Of a stretch of DNA of 64,000 nt, positions 20,764 through 31,672 are shown piece by piece. Location of the stretch: the NCBI GenBank assembly GCA_963740315.1, contig CAVUDP010000002.1:928001-992000 (forward strand), in the 5' to 3' direction. This DNA is from an uncultured cyanobacterium (GTDB lineage: Bacteria; Cyanobacteriota; Cyanobacteriia; Cyanobacteriales; Nostocaceae). The translations under genes were made by a program, and so were the position numbers. Position 1 is the first letter of the stretch; each line of letters starts with the position of its first letter. Under the pieces are notes generated by a model. The model was not told where the DNA came from, did not search any database, and saw only the letters and a program-made list of their open reading frames with translations.

Positions 20764-22095
20764 TTACGAAGCAAATCCTCCTTTAGATTTAGTTTTTCCC
20801 TTCTTATTACTCTTTCCTTTTACTTCCGATAATGCTTCTTGGAACAGATTGTGCAAATGTAATGGAACGCTGGCAATTTCAGGTAATTCGACGTTTAAAT
20901 TTTTGTCAAAATCATCCAATAAGTCAAAATAATCATGTTCTAAATTAAAATCTGGGCGATTTAATACTTGTTGCAACAGCTTCTCTAATTGTTCTGGGTA
21001 TTGTTCCGATAAACGATGCCAAACACAAGCTTTAATATCGTCGGATTCCAAATATTCGCGTACCAATTTATCGGCATCTATTTGCTCGTTGGTATTGTCA
21101 TCTAATAGCATTTTAAATTGGGTATAGTTTGTTAAAAAGATTTGTCCCCAATGACCAAAGCTCAGCATGGTGACTTCTTCAGCTTTTTTCAAATGTGCGG
21201 GTAATTCTACTTTCGGCATCACCATTTTCAGGCTTTTGTTGCTATTCATCACCTGAGAAACAGCTTTGCCCTCTAAACCCATTTCTTCTACAGTTTCAGC
21301 CATTTCTTCATCAGAAATATCCGCCGATTGCGCTATTTCCTTGAGAGATTTTGAGCTATCAATCCCTGCTGCTGCCAATCTACTTTCAGTTACTTGTTCT
21401 TGAAGTTCGCTTAGTTTTTGCTCTAATTGATATCCCGGTAACGTAACTTCATCACTGCCGAAAAAGTCAATAAACCTTTCGTGGTATTTTTCTACAGAAA
21501 GCCATGCTTCTTCGAGTAATTCCGGTGCATCGCCATATAGATAATTTTTGTAATTTTTCTTAAAGTTTCCGATCGCAACAGCCAATTTTGGTTTACCCAA
21601 CCTGCCCATTAAAGTAATTGGGGAAGAAAACATCCAGTAGCGATCGTTTACAGGTACAATTCGCGCTAATAAAATTTCTGCAACTTTTGCACGTTTTAAT
21701 TGTTGTTGCTCTTGCTCGCTAATCTTAACTAAATATTCTTTATCAGTTAACCAGTTTCTTAATGCAAAACTATCGTCCGAAATTTGGTTAACTACAAACA
21801 AACCTGCAAAACTGCGCTGCCAATTATTAACAAGTTCCCGTTTTTGTGCAGATAAATCGGGGTGAGATTCTAAAAATATCTCAACAGGCTTCTTGCTTCC
21901 TACCATGCCTTCAGTAAGAAACATATTCAGCACCATATCATTTTGAACCGCACCCTGATATTGAGATTCAGAAAAAATCGCTAATTGTTCAGCACTAAAA
22001 GCTTCCAAAGATACCGCTAAATCTCCTTCTGCGTCCAAAACAAAATCTAGTAATTCTAAATGTAACTCTTTAGCTGTTGATAAAATTGCGTCCAC
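20764..22095 (-). CDS. Conserved cyanobacterial hypothetical protein
   Basis: 443-aa uninterrupted ORF with GTG start, directly downstream of the P450. Confidence 0.8.
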   Translation of the reverse strand: MDAILSTAKELHLELLDFVLDAEGDLAVSLEAFSAEQLAIFSESQYQGAVQNDMVLNMFLTEGMVGSKKPVEIFLESHPDLSAQKRELVNNWQRSFAGLFVVNQISDDSFALRNWLTDKEYLVKISEQEQQQLKRAKVAEILLARIVPVNDRYWMFSSPITLMGRLGKPKLAVAIGNFKKNYKNYLYGDAPELLEEAWLSVEKYHERFIDFFGSDEVTLPGYQLEQKLSELQEQVTESRLAAAGIDSSKSLKEIAQSADISDEEMAETVEEMGLEGKAVSQVMNSNKSLKMVMPKVELPAHLKKAEEVTMLSFGHWGQIFLTNYTQFKMLLDDNTNEQIDADKLVREYLESDDIKACVWHRLSEQYPEQLEKLLQQVLNRPDFNLEHDYFDLLDDFDKNLNVELPEIASVPLHLHNLFQEALSEVKGKSNKKGKTKSKGGFAS

Positions 22096-22106
22096 AGTTC
22101 TTAACC

Positions 22107-23465
22107 TTAATTGCGCTTTCTAATTTCTACCTTAATACCATGCTCCGGTCGCAAAGTTATCGAAGGTTGAGGAACTATAGGATGGTCTTCAACAAGTTTT
22201 AATTTATACTTTTGAGCAATAGAAGCCAGTATTAGCACCGCTTCCATCATCGCGAAACCCTTACCAATGCAAATACGCGGACCATCACCGAAAGGTATAT
22301 AAACGCCTCTGGGCAACCGCTTTTCTAAATCATCCCAGCGTTCGGGAATAAACTCTTCGGAATTATCAAAATATTTGGGATGGCGATGCATCACCCACTG
22401 ACTCATCATTACCGAGCATCCAGCCGGAATTTGATAATCATCAAGCTGGTAATCTTCTACAGCTTCCCGTCCAAAAAGCGACACTGGGGGGTACAGTCGC
22501 ATCGACTCTTTGATTACCATATTGGTGTATTGCAGACGCGGCACATCTTCAACAGTTGGTAGTCCATCCAATGTTTTTAACTCATCCCATAACTTGCGTT
22601 CGACTTGCGGATGTTGAGCCAACAGCATCCACGTCCAGGATAAAGCATTCGCAGTAGTTTCGTGCCCTGCCAGCATCAAAGTAGCCACTTCATCGCGCAA
22701 CTGGCGTTAAGCGAAGCTCTACCGAAGGTAATCGCTCATTTGGGAGTTATCATCTTCATCCCGTGCTTGCATCAACATTGAGAGCAAATCTTTCCCTTGT
22801 TCGTTGCTTTCCCGCTTTTGCCTAATGAGACTGTAAATACTTTCATCCATTTTATTAATAGCATTGCGATAGCGGATGTTTTCCGGTCTGGGAAACCATT
22901 CCCAAATCAAAAAATTCTGCTTGCGCTTGCTTTCAAACCAATTCATCGCCACATCTAATGCATTAGCGACATCTTTCGCTTCTCCCTCACCGACATCTTG
23001 GTTAAAAATGCACTTCATCACAATCTTGAGAGTCAGGCTCATCATATCAGCGTGAACGTCACGGGTTTCCCCATCAGCCCAATCACTCATCGCTTCACTG
23101 TATTCCACCATTGTTTTCCCGTAGCCATTAATTTGTTTTTGGTGGAAAACGGGTTGTGCTAATCGACGCTGACGAAACCAAGATTCACCTTCATTAGTTA
23201 GTAAACCTTCACCAAGCAAAGTTTTTTTAGCGCGAAATCCTCTACTTTTAACAAAATATTTTCTGTCTTTAAGAACTTGTTCAATATAATCGGGATTAAC
23301 AATCAAACAAGCAGGAGTTAATTCCAACTGTAAAGGAATAATATCTCCATAATTGCGACCGCAATCGGTTAAAAATTCTAAAGGATGACTGCCTAAATCC
23401 AGCAAATGTCCGGCAATAGAACTACCTTTAGGAGCATCGAGTTCAAATATATCTTTCATTACCAT
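22107..23465 (-). pseudogene. Cytochrome P450 interrupted by an in-frame 24-nt insertion containing stop codons
   Basis: AGHETTA, ESMR and FGDGPRICIG motifs. Both halves are in the same frame; removing 22707-22730 restores MSDRQLRDE. Confidence 0.92.
22707..22730. mobile_element. 24-nt small dispersed repeat (SDR5-like) inserted in HIP1 at GCG^ATCGC
   Basis: GCG (22704-22706) + TTAAGCGAAGCTCTACCGAAGGTA + ATCGC (22731-22735); two GAA-loop hairpins. Confidence 0.88.
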
Positions 23466-23660
23466 TTACCAGTTACCCTACGGGTTCAACACTTTGCTTA
23501 TGCCGGGGAACCAGTCCACCGCAAATGTTTTACCAGTTACCAGTTAATAGTAAGTATTTTTGTTCATTTGCTTATCAGTCTTAAGAGGGATAAATAATAA
23601 TTCTTCTACCTATGGTATTAATATAGAAAATAGGGAAGAAGGAAAAAATATTTCTTACTC

Positions 23661-24785
23661 CTAACTCAATACTCCGGTGGTACTAACCGATTTTGGTAAA
23701 GCGATCGTAAACAAACTTCCATTCTCAGGTTCGGATTTTACAGTAATTGTGCCTTTATGTGCTTCAATAATCCGGCGCGATAAATATAACCCCAAACCGC
23801 TACCAGAATTTTTGTGTTTACCGGGACGAAATCTCTCGAATAATATTGCTTGCTCTTCTGGAGAAATTCCGCTTCCCGTGTCTTTAATTTTGATTTCTGT
23901 AGTTTCTGCTGGTTGTAAACTAACTTCTATAGAGCCAGTACTCGTAAATTTAATGGCGTTTCCGATCAGATTAGTTAATACTCTTTTAATTTCAATCCGA
24001 TCTGCCTCGATCGTAAATACGCTATCTTTTGAATTAAAATTTTCTAAATTAGAGTTTAATATTAATCCTTTTTCTTCTGCTAAAGGTGTTAACTCTTGAA
24101 CTACATCTTGAACTAAATCGTAAATATTAATTTTATCGAAGTTAATTTTTTTGCAATCAGCTTCATAACGATAAACTTCGAGCAAACTATTTACCATGTG
24201 TAACAAGTCATCGTTGCTGGTAATCATGGTAGAAAATATCTGCTCAACTGGTTGGGTGATTTCAAAAAATCTACCTTCGCGGAGTAATTTTAAAACGCGG
24301 TTGGAAGCTGCTAGAGGTGTTCTTAAATCGTGGGTGAAGCGGGAAACAAAATCTTGGCGCAAACTCGCCATATGATCGCGTTCATCTATACTGTGTTTGA
24401 GACGCAAAAGACTGCGTACTCGCGCTTGAAGTTCGTCAGCATCTACTGGTTTACGAATAAAGTCGTCGGCACCTGCATCTAATCCTTCCACAACGCTGAT
24501 GCTATCGTAAGCGGTAATTAATAGGATGGGAATAAATGGTAATTCTTTATTTTGTCGGATGCGACGAGTAAATTCATAGCCATCCATTTCTGGCATCATT
24601 ACATCTAGAAGAATTAAATCTGGTAGCGACTCTTGCACCATCTCTAAAGCTAATTTGCTACTTTCTTGAATTTCAATTTCGTATCCTTCATCTTCTAAAA
24701 TTGTTTCGATAACTAGTAAGTTATCAAAAACATCATCAACTACTAATATCCGGTCTTTTTTTTCTCGTTCATTATAAGGAATCAT
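23661..24785 (-). CDS. Hybrid response regulator / histidine kinase
   Basis: N-terminal REC (LLDVMMP), THDLRTPL H-box, HATPase domain. Confidence 0.93.
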   Translation of the reverse strand: MIPYNEREKKDRILVVDDVFDNLLVIETILEDEGYEIEIQESSKLALEMVQESLPDLILLDVMMPEMDGYEFTRRIRQNKELPFIPILLITAYDSISVVEGLDAGADDFIRKPVDADELQARVRSLLRLKHSIDERDHMASLRQDFVSRFTHDLRTPLAASNRVLKLLREGRFFEITQPVEQIFSTMITSNDDLLHMVNSLLEVYRYEADCKKINFDKINIYDLVQDVVQELTPLAEEKGLILNSNLENFNSKDSVFTIEADRIEIKRVLTNLIGNAIKFTSTGSIEVSLQPAETTEIKIKDTGSGISPEEQAILFERFRPGKHKNSGSGLGLYLSRRIIEAHKGTITVKSEPENGSLFTIALPKSVSTTGVLS

Positions 24786-24911
24786 TTTTTTATTTAAAAT
24801 AATTTTACTTTGGCTACATTTTAAAGTATTTTATATAATTTAGTAAATTTTCATTTTATTTTATTTTATTTTATTTAATCAATAAATATTGATTTGGTTA
24901 TGGGGGAAATA

Positions 24912-26129
24912 TTAATTTGATTCCTCTACTTTAATATAGCGCGGTAGTTCCACTCGAAACGTCGAGCCTTTATCTAATTCGCTTTCAACTAAAATATTTC
25001 CATTCATCATTTTGGTTAATGATTGAGTAATTGCTAAACCCAATCCCGTACCCGCATATTTACGTGAAATTGATTGATTAATTTGACGGAATGGTTCAAA
25101 AATATGTTTAATTTCATTTGCAGAAATACCAATACCTGTATCTCCGACTTCAATAGCAAGGTGAGTATCTGATATTTCCTTTGCTTCTATCCAAACTATT
25201 CCTTCATCGGTAAATTTAATTGCGTTGGAAATTAAGTTTACCAAAATCTGACGCAAGCGGTTTCGATCGTTAACTGTCTTGGTATCTTGCAGATTTATTT
25301 TAATTTTTAAATCTAATTTCTTCTGTACTTTTAAAGAGCGTAATTCATCTACAGTGGTAGTAATTAATTGAGATAAATCGAATTCTTCGGGATGTAACTG
25401 TAAACCTCCTGCTTCAATTTTGGATAAATCGAGGATATCGTTGATTAAAGCAAGTAGATTTTTTCCATTATTATGAATGCGCTGAATCATATCCACTTGA
25501 GAAGTGGAAAAGTTGCCTTTATTTTTACGCTGTAACATTTGAGAAAATGCCATAATCGCATTTAAAGGCGTTCGCAGTTCATGAGACATTGTTGCTAAAA
25601 ACCTTGATTTTGTTTCCGAAGCTTCTAACAATTTTAGGTTTTGGATGTGAATTTGTTCTCTCTTTTCTTCTAGTTCTTTATTTTTCTTTTTTAATAATTC
25701 ATTACTTTCTCTTAGCTGTTGATTAAATAACTCTATTTGTAATTCTGCTTCATAAATACGAATGACATTTCTCAATGTCGCACTTAGTAAATCCGGGGTA
25801 ATTCTCGACTTGGTAATGTAGTCGGAAGCACCTGCTTTCATTAATTCAACCGCTGTTTGTTCGTCTCCTTGTCCGGTTAAAATTATCAAGGGTACCTTTG
25901 AACCTGAAGCACGTATTTCTTGAACTAACGCTAACCCATCTTTCCCCGGCAACAGATAGTCTACGAATATACAATCAAAGATATTTTCTGATAATATTTC
26001 AAAAGCCCCAGAATAGTCGCTGGCTTCAGACAGTTTCATTCGTATGTTTGCTGCTTTTAAAGCGCGACTCACAGCCATACGATCTACTTCATCATCATCG
26101 ATAATTAATATGTTTAAGGTTTCTTCCAT
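24912..26129 (-). CDS. Hybrid response regulator / histidine kinase
   Basis: REC (IDDD, VDYLLP), SHELRTPL H-box, GTGLGL. Confidence 0.93.
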   Translation of the reverse strand: MEETLNILIIDDDEVDRMAVSRALKAANIRMKLSEASDYSGAFEILSENIFDCIFVDYLLPGKDGLALVQEIRASGSKVPLIILTGQGDEQTAVELMKAGASDYITKSRITPDLLSATLRNVIRIYEAELQIELFNQQLRESNELLKKKNKELEEKREQIHIQNLKLLEASETKSRFLATMSHELRTPLNAIMAFSQMLQRKNKGNFSTSQVDMIQRIHNNGKNLLALINDILDLSKIEAGGLQLHPEEFDLSQLITTTVDELRSLKVQKKLDLKIKINLQDTKTVNDRNRLRQILVNLISNAIKFTDEGIVWIEAKEISDTHLAIEVGDTGIGISANEIKHIFEPFRQINQSISRKYAGTGLGLAITQSLTKMMNGNILVESELDKGSTFRVELPRYIKVEESN

Positions 26130-26385
26130 AGAGTTGAAAAAAGCAACAATTTATCAGTTGCTATTAATTTTTTCTATCGGGGCTGCATCTTATCGGTTAA
26201 AGATCGAATTTATCGAGTTTAAGTTAAACTGTATTTTTTCTTACAAATTATTTCTTTACAAATTCAATTTATCTATGATAATCTATATGATAAGTAAAAC
26301 AGTATAGATTTTATTAATAAAGATTATTGGATTTTTTGAATATCAAATTATATCATTTGGGCGATTTTTTTTTAAATAATTAAAA

Positions 26386-26826
26386 TTAGTTGGGCATTTC
26401 CGATGAAGACCAATATTTATTAAGAGTAGTCATCAAATCAACAAATCTAGAAAAAGTTACCGGCTTCAGGAGATAGCCAGAAACATTTAAATCGAATGCT
26501 TCTATCATGTCTCTATCTTGATTGGATGTTGTCAGCATCACTACGGGAGTTAGTTTCAAAAATTTATCGGCACGTATTGTTTGGAGAAATTCCAAGCCGC
26601 TCATTTTAGGCATATTAATATCTAGTAAAATCAAGCGACGTTGCTGGGGTACTGCGGGAAGTTCTTTATTTCCACCACGTAACATGGACAATGCTTCTAT
26701 TCCATTTCTGGCTACGTAAAGTGGATTTTTAATATTAGCTTTTTTGAAGGCTCGCTCCACGTTCATAATATCAACTTCGTCATCTTCCACAAGTAATATA
26801 TTGACGATCCTGTCATGTTCCTGCAT
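26386..26826 (-). CDS. Rcp1-like single-domain response regulator
   Basis: LLVEDD, LLDINMP, LTTS, YLLKP and YW C-terminus. Confidence 0.92.
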   Translation of the reverse strand: MQEHDRIVNILLVEDDEVDIMNVERAFKKANIKNPLYVARNGIEALSMLRGGNKELPAVPQQRRLILLDINMPKMSGLEFLQTIRADKFLKLTPVVMLTTSNQDRDMIEAFDLNVSGYLLKPVTFSRFVDLMTTLNKYWSSSEMPN

Positions 26827-26981
26827 TGTAATTTTAGATAAATCCTTTAAATGTCTATCTAAACATCAATAGAGCATTATAAAAGTGTACTTTCATGAAT
26901 TGTAAACCGATAGTTGCACTGCGGTGTCCGACCATTAGTGAGGATTTGAGATTAAATAACCTATTCCTATCGGATGAAATA

Positions 26982-28802
26982 CTAATGTTCTATGGTTTCT
27001 TTCAACCAAGTAAAGTAAAAAGCTGCTCCTTTACCCAATTCAGATTCCAAGCGGATTTTTCCACCTTCTGCCTCGACAATTTTTTTGACGATAGATAAAC
27101 CAACGCCGGTATTTTCCTTTTTGTCGCGAGATTCGAGGGTTTGAAAAATAGTGAAAATTTTATCTTGATTTGCTCGGTCAATACCGCGACCATCATCGGC
27201 GACAATAAACTGATATAATTGATAGCTCTCTTCTACAGAAATTTTTAAATTACCATCCTCGCGGGGATGATGTTTAATAGCATTACTAATTAAATTGGCA
27301 AATACCTGTGAAAGCAGTAACTTTTTGGTTATAAATACCGGCATTTGGGGAGCAATTTCGATCTTAAATGTTGACGGGGGATTGATGGAATCGATAATTT
27401 CTGCTAAAAGTTCGCTAACATCAACTTTTTCCGACAGAGTTTGAATTCTTCCCACCCGCGAATATTCTAGTAAACCATTAATCAAAGCTTCCATGCGGTG
27501 AACTCGTTTTCTGAGGAGTTGGAGTTGCTGCTGATTTTCTGCTTTTAAATCATCTTTAATATCTTCTTCCAACCATTCAGAAAGATTGGCAATTCCCCTC
27601 AACGGTGCTTTTAAATCGTGGGAAGCAATGTAAGCAAAGCTGTCTAATTCTTGATTTCTTTCGGTTAAAGCTTGGTTAGTATTTGCTAATAATAAACTTA
27701 AACGAGATAATTCTTGAACGTTAGCTTCTAATTTCTGCCGCGCTTGCTGTCTTTCGGTAATATCGCGGACGATTACCATTTTACCGTGATTATCTTTTAA
27801 ATCGCTGATAGATATTTCTACCGGAAAATTTGCGCCTATTTGACGATTTCCCAAAGCGTACATTGGTAAAGATTGATGCGTTGCAGAAATACTTATATTA
27901 AATTGGGGTTTTTCGGATTCTATTTTGTTAGATATTAATAAGTTAAGATTTTTACCGATTACTTGACTCGATTGATAACCAAACATCATCGCTGCTGCTT
28001 GATTAAAACTATCAATCTTATCTTGTCTATCTAAAGTAATAATTCCATCTACAACATTCCCCATTATTCCCTCAAGCAGGCTTTTCTTTTCTTGAAGCTG
28101 TAATTCTTGTCCTTCAATTTGCCAATCAAGCTTGCTGAATAAGTATATTGCTCCCACATAGCTAGATATACTAATCGTCACCGTAAACCATAATATAGTA
28201 ATATCTTTATCGCGGATCTCGTTTAAATTGTCACGATAGATATCTAACTGATGTAATTCTTCTTCCTGAAAAACATCAATAACATCGCGAATCGTATCCA
28301 TAACGCTTTTACCTTGGTAAAGCAAAGCATCCGCTGATGGTGGTTGGGGATTAGCTTGCTTTGTCTGTTCGAGTTTTTCTATTCTTCTCTCTAAAATATC
28401 AATATTTTTTGCTGCTAAAGCTTCTATCCGTTCAAATCTTTTTCCTTGAACATTATTAGGTAAATCTTGCTTTAACCAATCGACGATCGCTGGTAATTCT
28501 TGACGGGCTTTATTGTAAGGTTCTAAAAATATGGGATTGCGAGAAATTACATAGCCGCGAGTAGCTGTTTCAGCATCTAGCAAAATTTTCAGCAATCTAT
28601 TACTATCTAAGATTACCGTTTTTGTATGGTCAATTTGCTTATAAGTTGCGATCGCACTTTGTCTCGACCAAACCGAAGCAACTAAAGTTATTATCAAACA
28701 AGAAAAAGGTAGCGCAACAATAATTGCACCACGATAGCGTACTGGTAAAGAGTGCCAGATAGCATTTGTTTTAGCGAACAAATTTAAATTTAGTTGTGGC
28801 AT
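26982..28802 (-). CDS. CHASE3-PAS sensor histidine kinase
   Basis: TM, DAETATRGY..FLEPY CHASE3 motif, second TM, PAS, SHDLKAPL H-box. Confidence 0.92.
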   Translation of the reverse strand: MPQLNLNLFAKTNAIWHSLPVRYRGAIIVALPFSCLIITLVASVWSRQSAIATYKQIDHTKTVILDSNRLLKILLDAETATRGYVISRNPIFLEPYNKARQELPAIVDWLKQDLPNNVQGKRFERIEALAAKNIDILERRIEKLEQTKQANPQPPSADALLYQGKSVMDTIRDVIDVFQEEELHQLDIYRDNLNEIRDKDITILWFTVTISISSYVGAIYLFSKLDWQIEGQELQLQEKKSLLEGIMGNVVDGIITLDRQDKIDSFNQAAAMMFGYQSSQVIGKNLNLLISNKIESEKPQFNISISATHQSLPMYALGNRQIGANFPVEISISDLKDNHGKMVIVRDITERQQARQKLEANVQELSRLSLLLANTNQALTERNQELDSFAYIASHDLKAPLRGIANLSEWLEEDIKDDLKAENQQQLQLLRKRVHRMEALINGLLEYSRVGRIQTLSEKVDVSELLAEIIDSINPPSTFKIEIAPQMPVFITKKLLLSQVFANLISNAIKHHPREDGNLKISVEESYQLYQFIVADDGRGIDRANQDKIFTIFQTLESRDKKENTGVGLSIVKKIVEAEGGKIRLESELGKGAAFYFTWLKETIEH

Positions 28803-28811
28803 TATTGATTA

Positions 28812-31283
28812 TTACTTATGCCATGTAAAACGAAAAGTCGCACCTCTGTCAACTTCAGAATCCACAGTAATTGTAGCTCCTTCACTTTCGATAATTTTTT
28901 TCACGATAGATAAACCAACTCCAGTAGTTTCTTTTTTGTCGCGAGCTTCTAAAGTTTGGAAAATTACGAATATTTTATCGTGATATTCACCAGAGATACC
29001 CGGTCCATCATCAGATACCGCAAATTCGTAACATTCTCCTTTATCTTCTACAGAAATGTAAATATGACCATCGGAACGATGATGATGAGTAATCGCATTA
29101 TCAATTAAATTCATAAATACTCGCCTTAACATCATAACCTTTGTATTTATGATAGGCACGGGATGTTTAACTTCGATGGTAAAATTTTCGGGTGGTGCGA
29201 GAGAATCAATGATTTCTGACAAAAGCGTCCTAACATTCACCTTTTCTTCTGCATTATTAACACGTCCGACACGGGAATATTGCAGCAAGCCGTCAATCAA
29301 AGCTTCCATGCGGTAGACTCGCTGACGCAGCAATTCTAACAGACGCTGATTTTCTGGATCTAAATCCGATAAATCATCTTCCAACCACACAGATATATTG
29401 CCGATCGCTCTTAATGGTGCTTTCAAGTCATGGGAAGCGACATAGGCAAACTGGTCTAATTCCGAGTTGCGTTTTCTTAATTGGGCAGTAGTCTGAGTTA
29501 ATAACACATTTGTTTGCTCTAGCTCTTGCGATCGCAGCTGCACTTGAGTTTCCGCTTGCTTGCGCTGACCGATTTCTTGAATAACACCAAGAAAGTATTG
29601 GGGTTCGCCGTTTGCTTGACGCACAAAAGAAACCGTTGTCTCTACCCAGATTGGAGAACCGTTTTTACAAATGTAGCGCTTCTCCATCGAGAAATTTTCA
29701 ATTCTACCCGCAAGCAAATCGCGAACTTTTTTTAAATCGCTTTGTAAATCTTCTGGATAAGTAATTTCGTGAAATCTGCGCTGCAAAAGTTCTTCGCGAC
29801 TATAACCCAAAATATCGCACAGTTTCTGATTTACCCGAATAAACTTACCGCTTAAATCTGCGTGAGTAATACCCACAGCTGCTTGTTCAAAAGTTGAACG
29901 AAAACGTTCTTCACTTTCGATCAGCGCTTGATGCGATTGTTTGCGATTGGTAATATCGGTAACTGTACCTACATAACCGATGAATACACCATCCCCATTC
30001 CTTTCCGCTACCGATTGAGCAAATACCCAAGCTACAGATTTATCGGGGCGTTGAAACCTAAACTCGCATTCAAAAGGTATTTTCTGCTCTACTGTACGGT
30101 TTATTTCTGCTTCTACTCGCGCTCTATCTTGTGGATGAATTGTTTTTCGCCATCCTTGGTTAATTACCTGCTCGAAAGTATATCCCGAAATCTGGCACCA
30201 GCGTTGATTTACATAAAGTAAATTCACCTTTGTATCGCAACGAAAAATACCAACCGGGGAAATTTTAGCTAAAGTACTATAGCGAAGCTCGCTTAACTCT
30301 AAAGCCTGCTGCGCTTTTTTGCGATCGGTAATATCGGCAACAGTTCCCGCCATCCGCAAAGCTTTGCCATTGTCATCATAATAGTAGCGACCGTAAGATT
30401 CAACCCAGCGCACGGTATTATCGGGTAGAACAATTCGATACTCGCAAACATAATCTTGATGCTCTTTTAAAGCCTTTTTCCAAGCAGCTTCAGCAGAAGC
30501 TAAATCATCGGGATGAACCCGACTTGCCCAATCTTCATAGGTATGTTCTCCATTACCCGGTTCGTAACCAAAAATAACATCATGGTAGGGAGTCCATATA
30601 TTTTTATTGGTAAATAAATCCCAATGCCAAGAACCCATCTTAGCAGCATCCAACGCTAAGGTAAGTCTTTCAAAGTATTTTTGATTCTTGGTTTGCGCTT
30701 CTTGCTGTTTGAAACCGCTGACATCTGGCATCGCGATCGTCGCACCCAATTCTCCCGAAGCGTTAATTGAGTTGCCTACCAAAATCCGGGTTTTTCCTTG
30801 TTTATCGCCCTCTTCTACACCTTCTGTTAGCTGAGATAAAATTTGCCAAAATTTATTTTGCCCCTCCAACGCAGCTTCTTTTTGCTTATATTCGTCAATA
30901 TTATTACAAGTAACTACCCATTCAACGATTTCTCCCCCTCGATCGAAACAAGGTTGAGCGCATACCCCGTACCAATAAGCTTTATTATCTTGATGTATAA
31001 TTCTAAATTCATCTTTCCATAGTTGCTGTTCTGCGATCGCCGACAACCAAGACACAGAAATGCGATCGCGCTCTTGAGAATAAATTGCTTGTACAAAATT
31101 CAAACCCAAAGATTGGCTTTCATCCAATCCCGTTAATTCGTACCATTGTTGATTAAAATATGTAGCATATCCATCTCGATCCGCACAAAAAACAATCTGC
31201 GTCATAGCCTGCATAACTCGCTCAAAGCGAGCTTCACCTTGAGCAATGTTATTAGTTTTCACAGGATGACGACTTGGATTCAT
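28812..31283 (-). CDS. Cytoplasmic multi-PAS sensor histidine kinase
   Basis: Several PAS/PAC repeats (HPDD, DITDRK) and SHDLKAPL H-box. Confidence 0.92.
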   Translation of the reverse strand: MNPSRHPVKTNNIAQGEARFERVMQAMTQIVFCADRDGYATYFNQQWYELTGLDESQSLGLNFVQAIYSQERDRISVSWLSAIAEQQLWKDEFRIIHQDNKAYWYGVCAQPCFDRGGEIVEWVVTCNNIDEYKQKEAALEGQNKFWQILSQLTEGVEEGDKQGKTRILVGNSINASGELGATIAMPDVSGFKQQEAQTKNQKYFERLTLALDAAKMGSWHWDLFTNKNIWTPYHDVIFGYEPGNGEHTYEDWASRVHPDDLASAEAAWKKALKEHQDYVCEYRIVLPDNTVRWVESYGRYYYDDNGKALRMAGTVADITDRKKAQQALELSELRYSTLAKISPVGIFRCDTKVNLLYVNQRWCQISGYTFEQVINQGWRKTIHPQDRARVEAEINRTVEQKIPFECEFRFQRPDKSVAWVFAQSVAERNGDGVFIGYVGTVTDITNRKQSHQALIESEERFRSTFEQAAVGITHADLSGKFIRVNQKLCDILGYSREELLQRRFHEITYPEDLQSDLKKVRDLLAGRIENFSMEKRYICKNGSPIWVETTVSFVRQANGEPQYFLGVIQEIGQRKQAETQVQLRSQELEQTNVLLTQTTAQLRKRNSELDQFAYVASHDLKAPLRAIGNISVWLEDDLSDLDPENQRLLELLRQRVYRMEALIDGLLQYSRVGRVNNAEEKVNVRTLLSEIIDSLAPPENFTIEVKHPVPIINTKVMMLRRVFMNLIDNAITHHHRSDGHIYISVEDKGECYEFAVSDDGPGISGEYHDKIFVIFQTLEARDKKETTGVGLSIVKKIIESEGATITVDSEVDRGATFRFTWHK

Positions 31284-31672
31284 AATTTAGGGCATTGGGC
31301 ACGGGGAGAGGGGGAGAGGGGGAGAGGGGGAGATGGGGAGAGGGGGAGAGGGGGTAGAGGGGGTAGAAATAATATTCATCACTCTTAACTCTTAACTCTT
31401 AACTCCGGTGGTCTTAACTCCTAACCTCTGACCTCTATCTATATATAATCGTTTAAGCATTGTTTTATCTAGCTTCCGTAGTTCAGTTATTTGATATATA
31501 GGTATCTATCGCAAGGAAGAAATGCAAAAATCGACTTTATAACTATTTGTAAATAAAAGGCTTGTAATGATTGTTGTGAACGTATCTAATACAATAAACA
31601 TAAAGTTTCCTTTAAAATAGCTCTGCTATCTTGAATAGGATTTTAAATAATGTGGGTAGAGGTTGCGTTGAT

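Noticed and set aside
22107..22700. Independent short P450 gene
   Set aside because: It is the 3' half of the interrupted P450.
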